Origin: an uncultured Verrucomicrobiae bacterium
GTDB lineage: Bacteria > Verrucomicrobiota > Verrucomicrobiia > Limisphaerales > Palsa-1400
Assembly: GCA_963764165.1 (NCBI GenBank)
Contig: CAVXRD010000002.1
Coordinates: forward strand, 800,001-864,000
Reading direction: 5' to 3'
Length of the DNA stretch: 64,000 bases
The notes under the pieces are model-generated. The model ran no database searches. It saw only the letters and a list, made by a program, of their open reading frames with translations, and was not told the DNA's origin. Shown here one piece after another: positions 60,907 through 64,000 of this stretch (the first letter of the stretch is position 1; every line of letters begins with the position of its first letter). The position numbers were made by a program, and so were the translations under genes.

Positions 60907-61509
60907 AGGTTTATTAACAATTCTGTGCGCGCTGTTTGTGGAATTTATCCAACCCTGCAGCCGGCTTAAAATGGGTTGTATCCACCCATCTTTAATGAAC
61001 AACAATTCCGCCAACACAACGCGCCCAACTTGACCAGCATTTCAAATTGGCAGCGGAATGCAAGATTAATTGCACTAGTTCGATGACAAAACAAGTGCGG
61101 CGAAGGAGGATAAAATTCGCAACACTCTAATATGGAACAATATACGCATATATCAGTTGCGCCACGGATTGTCACCTTTTTGTAATCCGCCCGCGACGTG
61201 CCGGAGGCGCTTTGGCGCCTAAATCATGGTGTTTCAGCCATCCGGAACGCTTTCTCTCAAGCTCCCATGGGTCGCCGCGTTGCGCCGCTTCCGGCCGTGT
61301 TCTCACCTACCCAAACGCCATAGTTGAAACACGGACACGGGGATTTTGTTGCACGGGAATTTGCTGAATTTTCCCAAATCGGCCCCGGGCAGCGAGAATG
61401 CCGCCGACGGCGCCCGATGCAGCGAGGAGCACCATCCCAAAATTGCCGGTTCCTTTTCACGCTTGGAAATTTCTCTTTTCCCGCGCCGGGATTCATTTAA
61501 TGTTACAGT

Positions 61510-62580
61510 GTGATTGATTCGGGCGCCAAAATGGCTGAATTCCTGCCGGAGCTCCGAGCCGCTGATTGGGTGGCCTTGGACACGGAGGCCGACAGCCTGC
61601 ACGCGTATCCCGAAAAACTTTGCCTCATTCAGATCACCACCGCCGCCGGCGACCGGCTCATCGACCCCCTCGCGAATCTCGATCTGCAGCCCCTGTGGCC
61701 GGAGTTGAAGAAACACCGGCTGATCATGCATGGGGCGGATTACGATCTCCGCCTCCTGAGAAAAAATCACGCCTTCGTGCCGAATCGAATCTTCGATACG
61801 ATGCTGGCCAGCCGCTTGCTGGGCATACGCGAGTTCGGCCTCTCGAATTTGCTTCAAAAAAATCTGGGCATCGTTCTTGAGAAAGGCTCGCAAAAGGCCG
61901 ATTGGTCCCGCCGCCCGTTGACGCCGCGCATGGAGGAATACGCCCGCAACGACACCCATTACCTCAAGCCGCTGTCGGATTTGCTGGCAGAGCAATTACG
62001 CTTAAAAAACCGCCTGGCATGGCTTGAGCAGTCGTGCGACCGCCTCATCGCCGAATGCGCGGTGGCCAGCCCCGCATCGCCCGACCTTGTCTGGCGGATT
62101 CGCGGCAGCAACAAACTGGAGCGCGCCAGCCTGGCGGTGCTTAGGGAAATCTGGCATTGGCGCGAGCAGGAAGCCATTGCGGGAAACCGCCCGCCGTTTT
62201 TCGTACTAAGCCACGAGACGCTTATAGAAATTGCCGCCGCCGCGACGACGCACGGGCAGGTGGAGAATCTTTTGCCGCGCAATTTCTCCGCGCGCCGCAA
62301 AGATGGGTTGCAGGAGGCCATCCAGCGCGGCTTGCAACTGGAGCCGGAAGAGCTGCCGCATCCGCTCCGTTTTCATTCGCACCGCCAAACTGAAGCCGAA
62401 CGCCGCCGTTTTCTGGAACTGGAAACCCAGCGCAACCAGGCAGCGGCCGAACTCGGCCTTGATCAAACCCTCATCGCCAGCCGCGCCACCCTGCTCGCCC
62501 TGGCCAGCGATTGGGCCCACCACAAATTGGAGTTAATGGATTGGCAGCGGGAACTCCTCACCACCATCCCCCACGAATGA
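61510..62580 (+). CDS. rnd: Ribonuclease D (3'-5' exonuclease + HRDC)
   Basis: [32 protein letters not shown] and WREQEA motifs. Confidence 0.93.
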   Translation: MIDSGAKMAEFLPELRAADWVALDTEADSLHAYPEKLCLIQITTAAGDRLIDPLANLDLQPLWPELKKHRLIMHGADYDLRLLRKNHAFVPNRIFDTMLASRLLGIREFGLSNLLQKNLGIVLEKGSQKADWSRRPLTPRMEEYARNDTHYLKPLSDLLAEQLRLKNRLAWLEQSCDRLIAECAVASPASPDLVWRIRGSNKLERASLAVLREIWHWREQEAIAGNRPPFFVLSHETLIEIAAAATTHGQVENLLPRNFSARRKDGLQEAIQRGLQLEPEELPHPLRFHSHRQTEAERRRFLELETQRNQAAAELGLDQTLIASRATLLALASDWAHHKLELMDWQRELLTTIPHE

Positions 62581-63449
62581 AAATGGACATCGGCAAATTC
62601 ACCGTCAGCGAAGGCAAAAACGTCAACTTGAGCCATTGGCCCACCCGCGTGAAGCCATTCTACGAATCGGAGGAGGAATACCACGAGCTGCTCAACGAGC
62701 ACGTTCACAGATTGAGCGCGCTGCAGGACTTGCTTTACGCGAATAATCGCTACGCGGTGCTGTTGATTTTCCAGGCGATGGACGCCGCGGGGAAAGACAG
62801 CGCCATCAAGCACGTGATGTCGGGCGTCAACCCGCAAGGCTGCGAGGTTTTCAGCTTCAAAAAGCCCAGCACGGAGGAGTTGGAGCACGATTTTCTTTGG
62901 CGCACCTATTGCAAATTGCCGCAGCGCGGGCACATCGGCATTTTCAATCGTTCGTATTACGAGGAAGTTTTGGTGGCGCGTGTTCATCCGGAAATTCTCC
63001 GGGCACAAATGCTGCCGGAAGAAATCCTGGACGACAAAAAAATCTGGAAGCACCGATTTCAATCGATGGTGCATTTTGAGAAGCACCTGCATCTCAACGG
63101 CACGCGGGTGGTGAAGTTCTATTTGCACATTTCCAAGGGAGAGCAAAAAAAGCGGTTCCTGCGCCGCATCGACGAGCCGGAAAAGAACTGGAAATTCAGC
63201 ATGTACGACATGCTCGAGCGGAAGCATTGGAACGAATACATGAAGGCTTACGAGGAATGCCTTTCCAGCACGAGCACGGACGAATCGCCGTGGCACATCA
63301 TACCGAGCGATGACAAGCCCAACGCGCGCCTGATGATTTCGGAAATCGTGGTGCGCACGATCAAGGATTTGAATCTGAAGACGCTGAAGCCGGACGAATC
63401 CCGCCGCCGCGAATTGCTCAAGATACGCAAATTGCTGGTGAAGGGGTAG
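62577..63449 (+). CDS. ppk2: Polyphosphate kinase 2 family protein
   Basis: [26 protein letters not shown] and KNWKFS motifs; ATGA overlap with rnd. Confidence 0.93.
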   Translation: MKMDIGKFTVSEGKNVNLSHWPTRVKPFYESEEEYHELLNEHVHRLSALQDLLYANNRYAVLLIFQAMDAAGKDSAIKHVMSGVNPQGCEVFSFKKPSTEELEHDFLWRTYCKLPQRGHIGIFNRSYYEEVLVARVHPEILRAQMLPEEILDDKKIWKHRFQSMVHFEKHLHLNGTRVVKFYLHISKGEQKKRFLRRIDEPEKNWKFSMYDMLERKHWNEYMKAYEECLSSTSTDESPWHIIPSDDKPNARLMISEIVVRTIKDLNLKTLKPDESRRRELLKIRKLLVKG

Positions 63450-63462
63450 CTGGGCGGCATCA

Positions 63463-63489
63463 AGCGGGTGAAGGGAATCGAACCCTCGT
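63463..63489 (-). other. tRNA-Gly 3'-end fragment, probable att site
   Basis: Minus strand ACGAGGGTTCGATTCCCTTCACCCGCT is a T-arm plus acceptor 3' strand typical of tRNA-Gly; no anticodon or D-arm upstream. Confidence 0.75.
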
Positions 63490-63558
63490 CTCGATTCACC
63501 ATTTTTAATACATTGACGCGCAGGTGTTTGCGATTTTTAGAAACATATTTCTTGAACT

Positions 63559-63582
63559 TTTTATTCTCACTTTTATTCTCAC
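63559..63582 (+). repeat. 12-bp tandem direct repeat, possible integrase arm-type site
   Basis: ttttattctcac twice, between the att fragment and the integrase start. Confidence 0.55.
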
Positions 63583-63588
63583 TTCTGT

Positions 63589-64000
63589 ATGGCGAACATT
63601 CTCAAAAGAAACGAATCTCCGTTTTGGGTGGCCTGTTACACCGACCGCAATGGAAGGCAAATGAAGAAGTCAACCAAGACGACAGATCGCGGCCAGGCGA
63701 TGCAGATCGCTTTGGAATTGGAAGGAGTCGAGTGCAAGGCTCGCGCTGGGTCTTTAATCATCACGCAAGTGCGGAAGGTTTTGAGCGACGTTTCGGAAAA
63801 GGTTACCGGCAACAGCCTTATCACGCCAACGGTCGAAGATTATCTCAACGATTGGCTCAAAGGGATTGAGGCCAGGAATTCAAAAGCGACACTGGAGCGA
63901 TACGGCAACACCGTGCGGCTTTTCCTTGCGAACTCAAATGGCAAGGCAAAGCGGCCAGTGTCATCAATTTTGCCAAAGGACGTGGAGGATTTTCTAACTT
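63589..64000 (+). CDS. Tyrosine recombinase/integrase, N-terminal part (runs off the window)
   Basis: Not in the ORF track. MANILKRNESPFWVACYTDRNGRQMKKSTKTTDRGQAMQIA...TVEDYLNDWL...SKATLERY...ILPKDVEDFL resembles arm-binding and core-binding domains. Catalytic domain not visible. Confidence 0.75.
   Translation, partial: MANILKRNESPFWVACYTDRNGRQMKKSTKTTDRGQAMQIALELEGVECKARAGSLIITQVRKVLSDVSEKVTGNSLITPTVEDYLNDWLKGIEARNSKATLERYGNTVRLFLANSNGKAKRPVSSILPKDVEDFLT

Noticed and set aside
63463..63540. Complete tRNA gene
   Set aside because: Only the T-arm and acceptor 3' strand are present. The adjoining sequence cannot form anticodon or D arms.

Overview
High-GC bacterial window. Gene style and repeat types suggest Verrucomicrobiota, Pedosphaera/Limisphaera-like (inference). 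(1) 1-29.7 kb: a large minus-strand surface-polysaccharide cluster. It holds about 12 glycosyltransferases (including NodZ/GT23-like, fungal-type GT15-like and a GT4-GT61 fusion), a methyltransferase, a pyruvyltransferase, a deacetylase, Wzm/Wzt, an O-antigen-ligase-like protein, Wzc, Wza and an OM beta-barrel. A decayed HTH-hipA toxin-antitoxin pair interrupts it. (2) 30-37.9 kb: porin, signal peptidase I, FAD oxidoreductase, CII-like regulator, ggt and a dicarboxylate symporter. (3) 38-45 kb: accessory patch with two near-identical 1.7-kb IS-like elements. Their single 533-aa protein has no DDE, HUH or recombinase signature I can see, but carries Rep_trans-like motifs (E-x-A-x-D, K-x-Y-x-K, R-x-E) plus a C-terminal winged helix. 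The elements lack long TIRs, end in a small hairpin, and sit inside one arm of short-period palindromic repeats. This is the best candidate for an undescribed system. (4) 45-53.6 kb: histidine kinases and a TonB receptor-YfiR-hybrid kinase operon. (5) 53.7-61 kb: two large secreted NHL/Ig and LamG/Ig proteins. (6) rnd, ppk2, then a tRNA-Gly 3' fragment (att site) and the start of an integrase, marking an island that continues beyond the window. All family assignments come from motif recognition by eye, with no database searches.
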